Shown here: positions 37,801-54,900 of the stretch, piece by piece
How the letters are laid out: every line of letters begins with the position of its first letter
How positions within the stretch are numbered: the first letter of the stretch is position 1
Assembly (NCBI GenBank): GCA_043228905.1
Contig: JBHGNT010000018.1
Span: 1,798,001 to 1,862,000 of the forward strand
Direction of reading: 5' to 3'
DNA from: Azolla caroliniana
Taxonomy: Eukaryota > Plantae > Polypodiophyta
Length of the DNA stretch: 64,000 nucleotides
Program-made: the position numbers and the translations under genes
The notes under the pieces: generated by a model
Seen by the model: only the letters and a program-made list of their open reading frames with translations
Database searches by the model: none
What the model was told of the DNA's origin: nothing

Positions 37801-38526
37801 CACAAAAATGATACATTGCCTGACTAAAAATCAGGAGCCTGACTTCACACTCTACAATCGCTCGACTCAAAGATAGGAGCCCGAAGGCTCTTCCCCATTT
37901 TGAGCATACTCCCTAAACCCTAGCTCTCTCCCCCCATAATTATCTTCTTTTAAGTATAAGTTAAAGGCTTAATCTAGTATCTTCATAACTTGTATTTATA
38001 TATGTCGTGCACTAGTGGAAGTGAAGGCATGTTAGTAATTTCTCACATTATCGCTCTTCGAGCAAGAGTGCTCGAGTGTGATAAGGTGTCACATGTTTGT
38101 AAGGATTTAATTAATCACATGCAAATAATTAAGCAATTCCATTTTTTATTAGTTTACATGTTAGTAGCTCGAGAGTGATTGACACTCACTCCCGCTTAAC
38201 TCATGACAAATGGGTAGCTTGTGGTGGTACATCCCTATACACCACCTAGACATGGTTCCAAAGAACACTTGAGTAAGAACTAACATTTCCGTAAGGATTT
38301 TGAAAGATATTCCATCTTTGGCCTTGTTGCAAGGATTGAAACATTGTTCAAAGTTAGTGTTGAGCTTTTGTAAGCTCCCGGTACTATCTTCCTCACCTCC
38401 AATGATTAATTGTTATGGGTTTTTTTTTTTCACTTCATTGCAATTTACATCATTAAATCACGATTAGTGAGTCTTAGTGTTCACATTGTTTCAAGATTCT
38501 TTTTTAGTGTTTCCCACCCACTAATT

Positions 38527-38745
38527 AACCATGAGTTGTGACTAATTGTTTTCATAAGCCATTTAATTAACATTATTTCTAGCCATAAGTATTGATTAGT
38601 ATAAGTTGATAGTTAAGGGTAGTAATTATATTCTCTTTCCAACATAACCACGAGTTATGACTAATTGTTTTCATAAGGCATTTAATTAACATTATTTCTA
38701 ACCACAAGTATTGATTAGCATAAGTTGATAGTTAAGGGTAGTAAA
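38527..38745. repeat. Tandem duplication, ~120-bp period, 2 copies
   Basis: AACCA(T/C)GAGTT(G/A)TGACTAATTGTTTTCATAAG...GTTGATAGTTAAGGGTAGTAA at ~38527 and ~38647. Confidence 0.9.
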
Positions 38746-39780
38746 TCCAAGGACAAAGAATATCAGTACAATCAAGAGGCTCAAGTGTGCCTTTTGAAGA
38801 ATTTCACCTTAAGGCTCTTTAAAGTTACCACACTGATAAACCACATATATTCACCCACTCACCCTTGTCATGTGGAACTGACAAGTGGAGAGTCAACAAT
38901 CAACAAAAACCATTGAGTTAATTGTTAGCCCCATAACCTCTTAATTGCTTATGTTGTGAATCGTGATAGACAATTGTTTGTGTCATGTAGACGACAAACC
39001 ATTGTGTGGAATCTATAAACAACTCCCTATCATGTTGAGGTTTTACGCCACAATCTGAATCATCATATAGAGAGTCAACAATCACCAAAAACCATTTTGT
39101 TGGCTGCTAGTTATAACCTTGAGCTGCTAATGTATCATGTAGTATTGGGGATTCATGTTTGTCGGTGAAGCACAAACTAGTTGGCTAGGCTTTAAGTCAC
39201 TTCCCAAGGCACAAGGAAATCCAAGCAAACCATCGAGTCAATGATGTAGCATTGCTCTATACTATATAGTGGTATCTTCCCTATGCTTTTATAGTGGATG
39301 GAAACTCTCGATTGGCTTTTAGTTTCATGAGAAATATACATGCAGAAAGATTCTCTTTTCATGTGGTCCAAATCTTTCAGGTATAGATTTCCAGAAGTAA
39401 TGCTTCATTCCTCTCATCATCTTGGATAAGTGTAGGGTATCAAAAGGGCAAAAATACAAGATGAATTGTGATGAATGGCACAAGTTACAAGACTAGTTAT
39501 CTTGAAAGGCCCAAAGATGACTATGAAGATGGCCATAACAATTACAAATTGTGACAAATTCTCTTCATTCACTAAGTATGAAAGATTCCTGAGGCAATAA
39601 TGCATCATGTCCATGCAAAAAATTTGAGCTTACTAGATATGCCTTGACAAATTCCTGGCGAATAGTTTCCAGATGCTACTGGTCACATGAATGACTCGAT
39701 ATCTTCACAAAATGACTACAACATGCCACTGCTAAATATTCGCAACATAAAGATCCTTGGAAGGTATTGAGGGACATGCA

Positions 39781-39950
39781 TACATTCCTTATTGAGACAT
39801 CAAGATTCAACAAGAGCAAAAAACATCCCATGAAGTCTTTTAAGTTACAACATATTCGACTAGCATACATTCCTTATTGAGACATCAAGATTCAACAAGA
39901 GCAAAAAACATCCCATGAAGTCTTTTAAGTTACAACATATTCGACTAGCA
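39781..39950. repeat. Perfect 85-bp tandem duplication about 90 bp downstream of the aminotransferase stop
   Basis: TACATTCCTTATTGAGAC...ATTCGACTAGCA at 39781-39865 and 39866-39950, with GCA microhomology at the junctions. Confidence 0.95.
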
Positions 39951-40040
39951 AACTAGACGAGAAGTGAGTACGCTTGTTTGTACATCTTCAAATGATTAAA
40001 ATAGATTGGAAATGCTGCATGGCATTCATTCCGTAGTAAA

Positions 40041-43506
<3,466 letters not shown>

Positions 43507-43820
43507 CAAAGGAATCACAAAAGACACAAAAGAAGAGAAAAGAAAGAAATAGAAAACAGAGCAAGCTCTGTTCTTCTTATCTCTCTCCTAAAACACTACA
43601 GAAAATAAAATAAAAGAAAAAAAAAAAACTCTTTTTGGGTTTTAAGCCACAATTTGGCTCTATCATTTTTCTTTATCCATCTCTCTCTGTCTCTCTCTCT
43701 CTCAGCCATTGGATTTCCATATAAAACAGAACAAAATTTTCCTTCTTTGAAATACATATTGTGTTACCAAGTAAAAATGATAGTAATATTTAGGAAGAGT
43801 AAGAGTACTGATAGTAATAT

Positions 43821-44095
43821 TTAGGAATCGGCAACGGTTCTGTTTCGGCTTAACCGGTTTCGCCTTGTCCAAACCAAACCGGTTAAGCCTAAACCAGTTT
43901 AGAAATTCGGTTTAGACAAGCCGAATAAGCCTTAAACGGTTTGGTAACCGGTTTATGCTTAATTGGTTTGAGCAATCCCAAACCAAGCTCAAACCGGTTA
44001 AGGAAGCTCAAGCCTAAACCGAACCGAACCGCCAAACTGTTGAAAACGGTTTGGCGGTTCGTTTTAGGCTTGAGCCGAGCCGTTGTCGATTCTAA
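43821..44095. mobile_element. MITE-like non-autonomous DNA transposon (hAT-like) in the GGAT promoter
   Basis: Imperfect terminal inverted repeats TTAGGAATCGGCAACGGTTC ... GAGCCGTTGTCGATTCTAA. The interior is packed with AACCG/CGGTT repeats. No clean TSD seen. Confidence 0.7.
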
Positions 44096-47000
44096 GTGGT
44101 AAGAGGTGCAATTGTTCACGGCTTCATCAACTCAAACCCCTCTCTCGCCCCACCTCCACCAACCATACTCAAATATCAAGATGTCTTCCATATTAAACCT
44201 CTCGCTGATCTTAGAACTTGGCCCCTCACCACCGTGGATTCTTGCCCCCCAAGCAATCGTTGCACCTTCATTTACTCTAGATCCTTCGATGTTTCGAAAA
44301 AATGCCCTTGGTTTTCGAGATAATCAGGCGAAGTATCCGATTGTACCTCTTCTTTTTCTCGACAATGATGTGGATGTCTACATCCTCCTCTTTTATGTAA
44401 TAAGTCAATTGGATTCTCAAATTTTTCGTGATAACAATGTTAGAATGATGTGGGATGTGGATTTAAGAATTTTGTGTGATACACATTCATTATTATGTAT
44501 GTGTGTCGTTAGTGTATTTGTTTGCATGTTCTACACAATATGTGGTGGACAATGCGATTCAATCTCTTTCTTTCTCTCAATACTTCCAAAAGGACCGCCA
44601 TCGGATATAAACAAGGTATTGCATGTTAAAGTTGAATGTGAATGCATTGTCACATATTCACATTTTAATTCGGCCATTTTGTATAAACTTTCTATGTATA
44701 AAATCATAGTATTTTTTTCTTTGTTCCTTAGGCTTTGAGCTCAAGTCTCGATAAATTTTATGCCTATATAACTCGATCCAAGAAATCTTGCAAAGGTTTG
44801 TGCCACTTGGCATATCAGATAAAGGTATGGAAATAACGTAATGCTACTCTTTGAAGCCTTGGGGCCTAACTTGATATGGTAACTCCGTTCATCTATATGC
44901 ATCAAAACTATGACTATAGTTATCATAATCATCATCGTCTAAGAGAAATTAGATATTCTTTGCCTATGATAGGTTCATGTGTTTATGTTACAAGATATAT
45001 CAAATGTGTGCCTGTGTGTGTGGTGTCATGGCAAAGCTTTTGTTTCACCTCATTAAGTTGGTTGTGTATTCAAAACCTCAATCAAGAAATGGGCTTCTTG
45101 TTTCTATGTAATAAATCTTTTTAGATTACTTTGAGGTCACGAAAATGCTTGCATACAATCCTGTTTGTGATCGTGTGCATTAATCTTTTGCTTCTAAAAT
45201 GAAACTTTACCACATTGATGATGTCAAAATTTTCAACACACAAGTGAAAGTAATAGCATCGCCTTCAAGAGGCTAATATGCTAAAAACATACAATTTAAA
45301 TGTCAAGTTTTATCCCTTACATTTAACCTTTAAAAAATATTTCCAAAATTTGGCCTCTTTGACTACCTCTCCTCGATAGATGTTATGAAGTGAATATATG
45401 TACATATATATATGTGTTTGTGTATGTATTCGAAACACAAGCCCGAGACACTTGAATCTTGATCCTATAGTTGTACGAAGGAATGCTTGTGTTATGATTT
45501 CTTGTTGCAGAAATGAACTGGGAAGTTTGGTAACATCTTTGCCCTATTTAACTATCTGCCCAGTTCTATTTCCCTGTTGATTTTATACTATTGAGTATTA
45601 CGATAAATTATACTAATAGGAATTAAAGAGCCCAACATTGCTATAGAATAACCAAAATACTAACTTCAAACTGATCAATTCTTCATCTAGTAAGTTATTT
45701 GGATATGTAGAAGTCACACTCTACTAGACTAAGTTTACATTGAAATTATTCAAACAAATAAATGGAATCGCAATATGTGGAAGTTGTCAATTATAGATCA
45801 CTTTTGCTATATACTTTATATCCCTTTGATGATGATAATAAAATGTAGTTGACACAAATAAAATTGTGCTCATTTTCATGATACCATTGAATGTGATAGT
45901 AAATTTTGTGCTCCACATAAAACCCCAAATTTACCAAAGTTAGCAAGCCTAAACCATTCCTTTTAAATTCTCCATTTACAAGATGGTTCATAAGTGTGAC
46001 ACAATACTTTAGCTCTCTACTAACACTCTAGCTATGCCAGCATCTTTTCTAATGACATATGCAATTTGTTTGGTGGAATGTACCTAGAAGACATGGTTAA
46101 CTTTTGTGATAAGCAGACCTATAGGGAAAGATATGTCATGTGCTTTGTATGAGTAGACTACCAGGAAAAGATATCTCAACCCAGTTGAAACCTTTTTCAA
46201 GAAGCTTCACATGCTCTAGCTTGATCAAATATGACACCTTGTTTAGAAGCAAACACGTCACCAAATTGATCAAAATTGTCAAGATGGCCCCACACTATAT
46301 CAATTATATTGTTTAGGCATAAAAAACTATACATATCTCACCCTTGTAAAAAACGTTTTTGAGGCCTTATCGACTCATTTGCTAAGTTGGAGATGTTGAT
46401 TTTCATTTGGAGCTTCCACAATTAGTTCATCTTCACATAGTGTTCCTTGTCCCACTGTTGGAACTCTAGATGGTGAATCCCTTTTTGCATCGAGTATAAT
46501 TATCTCCTCCACTAATCAAGATTGATGATAAAAATAAGGCACATCATTCTTGTTCACCATTCAGGTTCAATGTCCACTATGAATCTCTATTGTTGGGTTT
46601 TCCCATTTCATTGCCCTTCATGGCATTGTACATTTAATGGTATTAATATAATTTCTTGATTCTTTGCCCAATATTCTCATGTGATTTTGTTCCTCGCCTT
46701 CTATAGGTTTATCTAGAATGATTTCGTAATTTAATATTTGATTATGTTTGATCACATTCTCGGTGAAAGTCAAGATTTTAAGAGGTGAACTTGACATTGC
46801 CTCTTATAAAAAGGGTATGATTTTCTTATATTAGCCCTAAACTTGTGCCTCAATGCCACCATTTTCCCTCTTTCTTGTTCGGAAAATGATATTTCAATGA
46901 TGTGGTGTTACTGCATTGAAAATGTGGATAGTCTTAGCATGTGATATCTTGTTTTATGCCTTTCAAATTTCTTGGTCCAACAATTTCTTAGCATCTGATA

Positions 47001-47395
47001 TCTTATTTTACACATTTCAAATTTCTTCTCACATTTAGAAATTTAGAAATCGCTGGTAAATTTTGGTCTAAATTGGCGCACTCACTACAACTTAATCGAC
47101 ATTGGTCATGAATTCATGGTTAGTTCATTAACATTTTTTATTTGACAAGAAATTAGACCAAGTTTTGTTGTTTTGTTGTTGGCTCACAATAAAGTCATAG
47201 CTTTGATTTGATAGACAAATGGACCCCAAAGCAAATGGAGGCCAAGTGATTAAGTTCATTGTCATTATGATTATGGAACAAAATATAGTATTTCATTGAC
47301 AAAATGCATACACCTTAAAGAAGAAGGAAGACACAATATTGAAACAAGTGCATTCATGAAGGTTGTGGTGTAAACTGAAAACCATATATCATAAA

Positions 47396-49871
47396 CTGGT
47401 TTCATGGAGCATCGATCTATTATGGACAATGTGATATTTGTTTTGGGAGGTTGTTGCGATAGCAAGGGAAACCAAGCAAAACATAGCTTGTCTGATGCTT
47501 GACTTCGAGAAAGCCTATGATCGAGTGCAATGGTATTTCCTTGAAGAAGTGATGAAGGTGATTGAGCTACCATGGGAATGGAGGTGTGTTGCTCAAGCCT
47601 TATATAAGAATGGCTCAAGTAAGGTGTTGATTGCAGGGAAGAAAGGAGCGAGAATCTCTCTAACTAGATCCATCAGGCAAGGTTGTCCTCTCGCCCCCTT
47701 TCTATTCCTCTTTATTACTAAAGCAATGTCTGCCCTTTTGAATAGTCAGACGACAAATTTACACCGTCTTTCAATCCCTAACACAAGGCAATCCTTGCTC
47801 GACTCGGAGTTCGCGAACGATACAATGCTATACCTCCAAGGTAATGAAGCGAATCTGGGGAGGGCACAAATTGTTATCGATCTCTTTTGCAAAGCATCGA
47901 GAGCCGCCATCAATTGGAATAAGGCCAAGGGTTTTTGGATTAGCTCGGAGGTTGAGCTGGTATGGAAACCAAATGTTGATTTCAGATGGATTGCAAAAGG
48001 GGAAGGCACTAGATATCTAGGAATGTGGACTGGTGTAGATATTGACAAACGAATATAGTTGCAACAAATTCAAAGCAAATTTTGCAACAAAATCTGTATC
48101 TGGTCAGGGATAAATTTATCATTAGCTGGCAGGATCATAGTAGCTAACCATGTGCTCTTGTCTACTATGTGGAATGCGGTCTCAGTGTGGATGTTTGATA
48201 GGCATCCTATTCGTATTGTTAAAGCATGTATCAGGGGCTTTCTATGGGTTGGGAATAGGAAAGACAATGTGACAGCTAAAGTATCATGGTCTACATTGAT
48301 TCTTCCCAAAAGTAAGGGGGGTTTAGGATTGATCGACCCTGGAGTACAAAGTCCATCATTGCTATGTAAGGTATTGGTAAGGAGCTTGCTGCTCGGAAAT
48401 GAGTTATGGAAAACATTGATTTTTAATAGGAGTATCCTTTGGAGTTCACGACTTGGTGGGCATTGGAAACCACATAAATCATGGCTATTTTGTATGGACT
48501 TAAAGCTTAGGAGGTCTAATCGGTTGGCTGATCGCACATGTATGTCAGTGATGAAGGCATGGGATATGCTTTGTGGGCATCTTAGCCGTATAGGTCCAAG
48601 TACTAATGTTGAATGGATGCACCAACCCCTATTGTGGAACGAGACCTTAAAGTTGAACGAGGGGAAGATGCTTGGCCAGAGCAAGGGTATGCCGTGGGCT
48701 ATACTGCATGGTGGTGGGATTCAGTCAATGGCAAATTGGATGTAGTTGTCCCCTAGTAATCGGGATAAATTATATGAAGATACGAGAAAGTTCAAAAATA
48801 GTAGGAAGATGATTGACTTAATCGATAAAGGTGTTTACTCTGTTCCTATTATTAATGGGGAATAGGGTGAATGGTTCGGACAATGTGATGATGCATGAAA
48901 AGTTATCAATGCCAAGGGTATAGGAAAGAATGGGAAGATCATCCAGTTGGGATCTGTAGTTGTCGATTCAGTCTTATATGGAACTCATCCCTCCCCGAGA
49001 GGGTATCGAGCTGTTCCAACCGGAGAGTGGTTGGGGAAAAGGGGTGGCATGAGTAATTGCAAGGCCTGTGGAGCAAGTTTGGAGGACATCACCCATTGTT
49101 TATGGAGCTGTTCGCAAGCCCAAGAAGTTTGGACGAGGAGCTTAAGAATTCTGGCTCGATGCGAGGTTGAAGTTCAAGTATCAAGTGCAATAGTTGTTTG
49201 GTTAGCTACTGAATCGGCTGCATGGTTTCATGGGTGGAATGGAAATAGCCCTTCTTTAAAGGTGGTGAATGGAACTGTTCAACCTGCGGCTCAAGGAGAT
49301 TCATTCTACATACAAGAACAATACGTAGATGTTTGGTTTTTAGTGGTTGGCCTTACTGTTTGGCAAGTGTGGGTATCTAGGTGCAAGGAGTCGTTTACTG
49401 GGAAGCGAACTCCATCGGCTGAGAGTTTAATGAAGTTTTGGTTTAATCTGATTTCTACGTTACAAGGAAAGTTTGACAGCCTTCAGGGGCCCTCCGATGC
49501 AAGTGAAGAAGCTAGATACTGCTTCCTTCTTAAATGGAGAGGTTCTTTGATGTTACAGATGGTGGATGGCAATGCAAAGTGGATTTATCAGCCACCCTAG
49601 TGGCTGTTTCCTCCTAGGGCACCAAACATAGAGGTAGGTGTTGAATTGTGAAGAGATTGGAGGGTGTCTTTGCTGAATGTGGATTGTGTGAGGCTCATGT
49701 TGAGGGGAGTCTGTTGAATAATTTTGTGACGAGGCTTTGTTGCTTCATTTATACATGATGTTTTCTTGTAGCCATTGCAAAGTGGCTTGTAACATATGAG
49801 TTATATACTATCCTATGTACATTTTCCTAACTAATGGAAGTAGAAAATTTTTTGGAAAAAAAGAAGAAAAA
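47396..49871 (+). mobile_element. 5'-truncated L1-like LINE 'D' (degenerate)
   Basis: 19-bp TSD GAAAACCATATATCATAAA at 47377-47395 and 49872-49890, with an A-rich tail. RT motifs LDFEKAYDRV, RQGCPLAPFLF and EFAND, then KVSW..PKSKGGLGL and zf-RVT CKAC..EDITHCLWSC. Contains in-frame stops. Confidence 0.93.
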
Positions 49872-50569
49872 GAAAACCATATATCATAAAAAGCAATTTG
49901 CAATCACTTGATGTTTATAGAAAGTAAAAGTTGTTCTCATGACATGAGATTGTAAAATGTAACAAATGAAAATCTTCTTGTTGGCCAAATTAGGTTGTAT
50001 TGGAAATTTAACATAGTGATTTCAACATCCAATTGACATGTATAAATAATATAGCCTTCCCGCTATTTTGTTCACAGATTCGTGGCATTATTCCATTACC
50101 TTGTTTTTTTATCAACACTTACCCATTATCTTGTTAAATTTTCTCTTATTTTAAAACTAGGATAGTTTTTATATGTGATAGGGGTATTTTTTATATTTTT
50201 CAACAAATAATAATAATAATAATAATAATAATAATTGTAGGATAGAATTACTCCATTTTCAGTAAAGGTCCATTGTGATATTATTTTCTTTTACACATCT
50301 CAAATTCAAAATGGTTGAAAATACTCCTCTCTTTCTCCGTCATGTCTTTATCGACTCATGCATCAGGGCACAAACCTCACTAATTGCAATAATTTTTACA
50401 GATAATGTTATGTTAGGAACATAACAACATTTGTCTACTCTAGAGAGGGAGGGAGGGAGAGAGAGAGATTGGAGACAAGTTTGCAACTCATAAAAGCCTT
50501 GCCAATAGGATACACATGACGTACAACATAAAAGTCTTGCCAACGAATGACGTACATCAAAAACTAATT

Positions 50570-50940
50570 AATGGATGGATATACTTGGATGGTAGAACGG
50601 GTTAATAAAGAAATGGGAATAACAAGATCCAATAGGTGGTGGGGAAATATGTTGCAATTCAAATGGCCATCTCGTATTCTTTACAAAGCTAAGGTGTTTA
50701 TTTGGAGGGTCATGGCTTACCTCTAGGCGTTGCTATGTGAAGACGAAATATTGATTCTCGAATGTGTTTGTTTTACATCATTTCTAAGGAACATAGTCAA
50801 CACCAAATTATCAGTTGTTTAATGGCAAGGGCTATTTGGGAATTTAAATGTACATTGTGGGCTTCTATCAGTAGAGTGTCGAAATTCCCTTTTCAATGGG
50901 TGTTTGGTAATGTGCAATCGATCATGCCTTCACAACAGCT
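50570..50940 (+). mobile_element. Old LINE C-terminal (zf-RVT-like) fragment
   Basis: Degenerate KAKVFIWRV..LPLG..MCLFY..EHSQH..SCLMARAIW..FQWVFG. Confidence 0.55.
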
Positions 50941-51403
50941 TAGAGAGCGAGAGAGATTTACCGCACATGGCCAATAAAGTTGGAAATGAAGCACACACAG
51001 ACATTTGATAGAATTGGAAAATTCTAACGATCCCAGAGAATATTAGCATGGCCCTTTGTGCAAAGGATGATGCCACATGCTCAAATAGAGAAATGGTGTA
51101 GTGTCTTATGGCAACTGAAGGGCTACTTGTTGGGCGCCTCGAAAAACAAAGGAAGAAGTGTAGGTTAGACAAAGTTTCATGAGGAGGAGGAGGAGGAGGA
51201 GAGTATGTATAATGTATGTATGTTTTTGGTCATTTCTCCTCCAAATCCCAAGCAATGACTTGGCAAGGTTGCTTTCTACACACACACACAAATCAGAGAC
51301 CAAGACCAGAAGCTTCTTACAATGTAAAATAGAGTGCTTTCCTCACCTCTTTATATATGTATGAATGTATGTATACATATATATAGATATAATCGTAGAT
51401 TCG

Positions 51404-51439
<36 letters not shown>

Positions 51440-51936
51440 TAGTACGTAATATACTCGAATGCATTGGCAAACATTCTTTTTTCATACGGATGAGTATGTT
51501 ATCAAAACATTCTTATGTTGTTTTTTTAACCATTTTTTACCTTAAAAAAAAACTTTATCTTATAATAAATAATGAATACAAAAGTATGGTATTTACCTTA
51601 CTTTGAGGGTGTTTTCCATACTCGAATGATTGAAACATTCGAGAAAGAGAATGCACGTATGGTACGTATGGTTCATAATAGTATGAACCATACGTACCAT
51701 ACGTGCATTCGCTTATATGTATGTATACATACATACAAAGAGATGATTTCTACTCTAAAGACACACACACACACATGAATTTGATCATTATCAAATATCA
51801 CACATTCACACATATGAATATATAAGTGCACATATTCATGTGATTGATCATATCATCAAAAATCACCCTATTTTTTTGAATTTCATTTTGCTCCTTGTTC
51901 TCATCTGTTTTCATTTTGCTTTAATCCATTGGAAAC

Positions 51937-54900
51937 ATGGAATTAATGCATACTTGCTTACATATTAAACTCCCATCTCCATCTCCTTCCCCATTCTGCT
52001 CTCCAGGATCTTCTTCCTGCTTTCTCAGATCAAATATTCTCCTCAAAAGAGAGCATGCAAAACCAGACTATTATATGAAAACAGAGTATTTAAATATGAA
52101 AACAGAGCATATAAAAGATGAGTGTATTAAAACAGAATATAAAAGAACAGTGTATTATAATTACTCCCCTGTTTTGTTTTACAACAGTAAAGTTGTAAAG
52201 CTAATTCCATCTCAAATGTATTCTTCTAAGCATTGGTTTGCTAATTCCTTCAATCACAGTAGTAGCCATGTGGTTTGTTCAACCTTTCATAATGGATCCA
52301 AGAGTAATTTCTATAGTAGTAACGATAATGACTGTGAAGTTTCGAACTCATACCTCGAAGCTCAAGTTGTAACTGATGCAGGTATTTGCATTACTACTTC
52401 AATTCTTCCTTTTTACTTATTTCATTAATAAATGCATAGATTAAAGAGAAGAAAAGGAAGATTGGTTAACATGTGTATTAACAAAAACCAAAAAGAATAC
52501 CGTTATAATAGCTTATTTTGATACCTAATTAAGCTAGATTGGAAGTAATATTTATGTGAAGTGCATAGAAAGAAATATATTTGGGAAAACAAAATTGCAT
52601 TAAAACATGTTTGCACAAGAAAGAAAGGTATATTAAAACATCTCCAGAAGACGGTTATGACAAGTGCATAGAAAGAATGAACAGAAAGAAAGATATAGTC
52701 ATGCTTATTAAGTGCATATTAACATCTCTGAAAATGCATTATGCTTGCTAATGCATAGAAAGCAAGAGAGGAATGAAAAATAGATTGGAGCATCTCGAAA
52801 AGACCATTATACTAAGTGCATAAAAAGGAAGAAAAGAAGGAAACATGAATAAACATTGGAAAGACCTGAGCGTTGTTTTCAGTGCATAGAAAAGAAGGAA
52901 AGAAAGAAACATACATAAATATCTAAAAGACCAATATAATGGCCTATTATTGAGACCTAAATAACAAAGATTACAAGTAGTGCTTATGTTATACAAAAAG
53001 AAAAATGTTTTTGTGCCCTAGCTTCATGAGAGAAAAACTTAAATATTAAACATATCTCATAGAACATAATGATCTACTCAGATCTAACCACGATTACTAG
53101 TTGTTTTGAATGTACAAAAAGAGCAAAAGAAAATCCTAATTAATCTCGCTCCCTCAAAACTAGAATAAAGACTTGAATAAAATCATCTTTATTAAGACTG
53201 CACAATGGCCTATTGAGACCCAGCCAAGATAATAACTGGTGGTTTCTATGTACAACGATGTAGAAAAGACAACATATTATCTTATCAAAAACAAAAGAAA
53301 GTTCCTAGCTTTGGCTATACTGGAAAAAATTGTCCACATCACAGTACTATGAAGAGATGACCAAATCATGAGCTTGGAAAAGGCAATTCTACTAGGTTGT
53401 ATCTCTCGAAATACATTCATTCTTCATAAATGTTTGCAAACCTTTTTTTTTGTAGTGAGCATTTTGCCTTTCCATGGGCATCTTTTCATGACTCTGGCGG
53501 ATGAAAGTGAAATACAAATCAATCATATTGTGCCTCCTAAAGGAAGGCTTTTATATAGGTCAAGAAATCCCAGCATATTCTTGAGGATTGTGGGTGAGGA
53601 TGACCTTATCCTACCTATCATTGTAGGTAAGAGATTTCAACCCTTTCCAGAAATTCTTTGTTTTTTTCTTGTTTTTCGTAAATCATGATGTTGAAATTTG
53701 TATATGCTCCCAATACACTTAAATATGCAAGAAGTTGTAGTCAGGAAATTCTCACTATGATTAATCCCACATTGAGGGGATTAGAACCTAATAGCTTGAG
53801 CAACTGGGGAAATATGGTCTCTAATATTTCCCACACAGGAAAAACATGGTCTCTAATTGCTCACATTGGGAAAAAAATGGTCTCTATTGTCTCTCACATG
53901 GGAAATGTCTAAGTCTTCTAGTTTTGTATGTTTCTTGGGCCTAATTTTTGTAAAATTCTTGCGTTTTCTCGGCTATACATTAAGCAGGTGATGTTGCAGT
54001 CAATATGTTGATGAAAGCTCTTCATGAAGAAGAAAATTCGGTATTGAGTTATGATATTATTATCAGAGAAATATCCATGCTTGTGATAAGATGACATATT
54101 GACAATACTGTTTCGATAAATTATTAATTAGCTTAGTTATACATTGCCTTTAGGGTCGGCCAAATCAATATCATGTAATGCAGGATCTTGTAGCGTCTCT
54201 CAACTATGAAGTATGTTTAGTGTTGGTATACTTGTCTTTTGCATTGCTTATTGTTCTTGATGTGTCGTTTTTAGTGGTAATTAAACATTAAAATGTTTTG
54301 TATTCATAGGTACGGATGGTGAGAGTGACGAGACGAGTTGTTGACACTTACCATGCTTGTATATACATCGGAAGGGTATGAGAAAATTTTAAACCATAGT
54401 TAAGCCATGAGTATGAGAATACTTGAATCCCACAAGTCACAGTTTAGCAAATGACTTCTGGGTATGAGATTTGTTTTTAAAATCCCACATCCAAGTTAGT
54501 CATATCATTTGGGGTTGGTCTCTTCTTATACTCAATTGCTTTTGCTAAATGATAAATATCATTTTGTTGAAAACAACCAAACAAAGTTTAGTGTAATTTA
54601 CACTTGCATATTTCAAAACTGCCGTCAAGTTCTGGAATTGAAGTAGGTAAAGATACCTCACCTTAAGATGTTCATGAATAAAATAAGGATTCAACCAATT
54701 TAGATGTAAGTTCATTACTATTCTGGTAAATATACATGTATATTGTTGAGCATTGGAACACAGCCAGGGGAAGAGGAAATGCGTAGTATAGATGCGCGGC
54801 CTTCGGATGCAGTAAACCTCGCAGTGCGATGTAAGGTACAGAATGTTTTGAAATTAAAGTTCTTTGCTTGCATTTGTAGTATTCATGTGATTCTGTAGAT

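Noticed and set aside
44106-44738. 210-aa plus-strand ORF divergent from GGAT
   Set aside because: Non-ATG start, no recognisable domain, and it runs into AT-rich low-complexity sequence.
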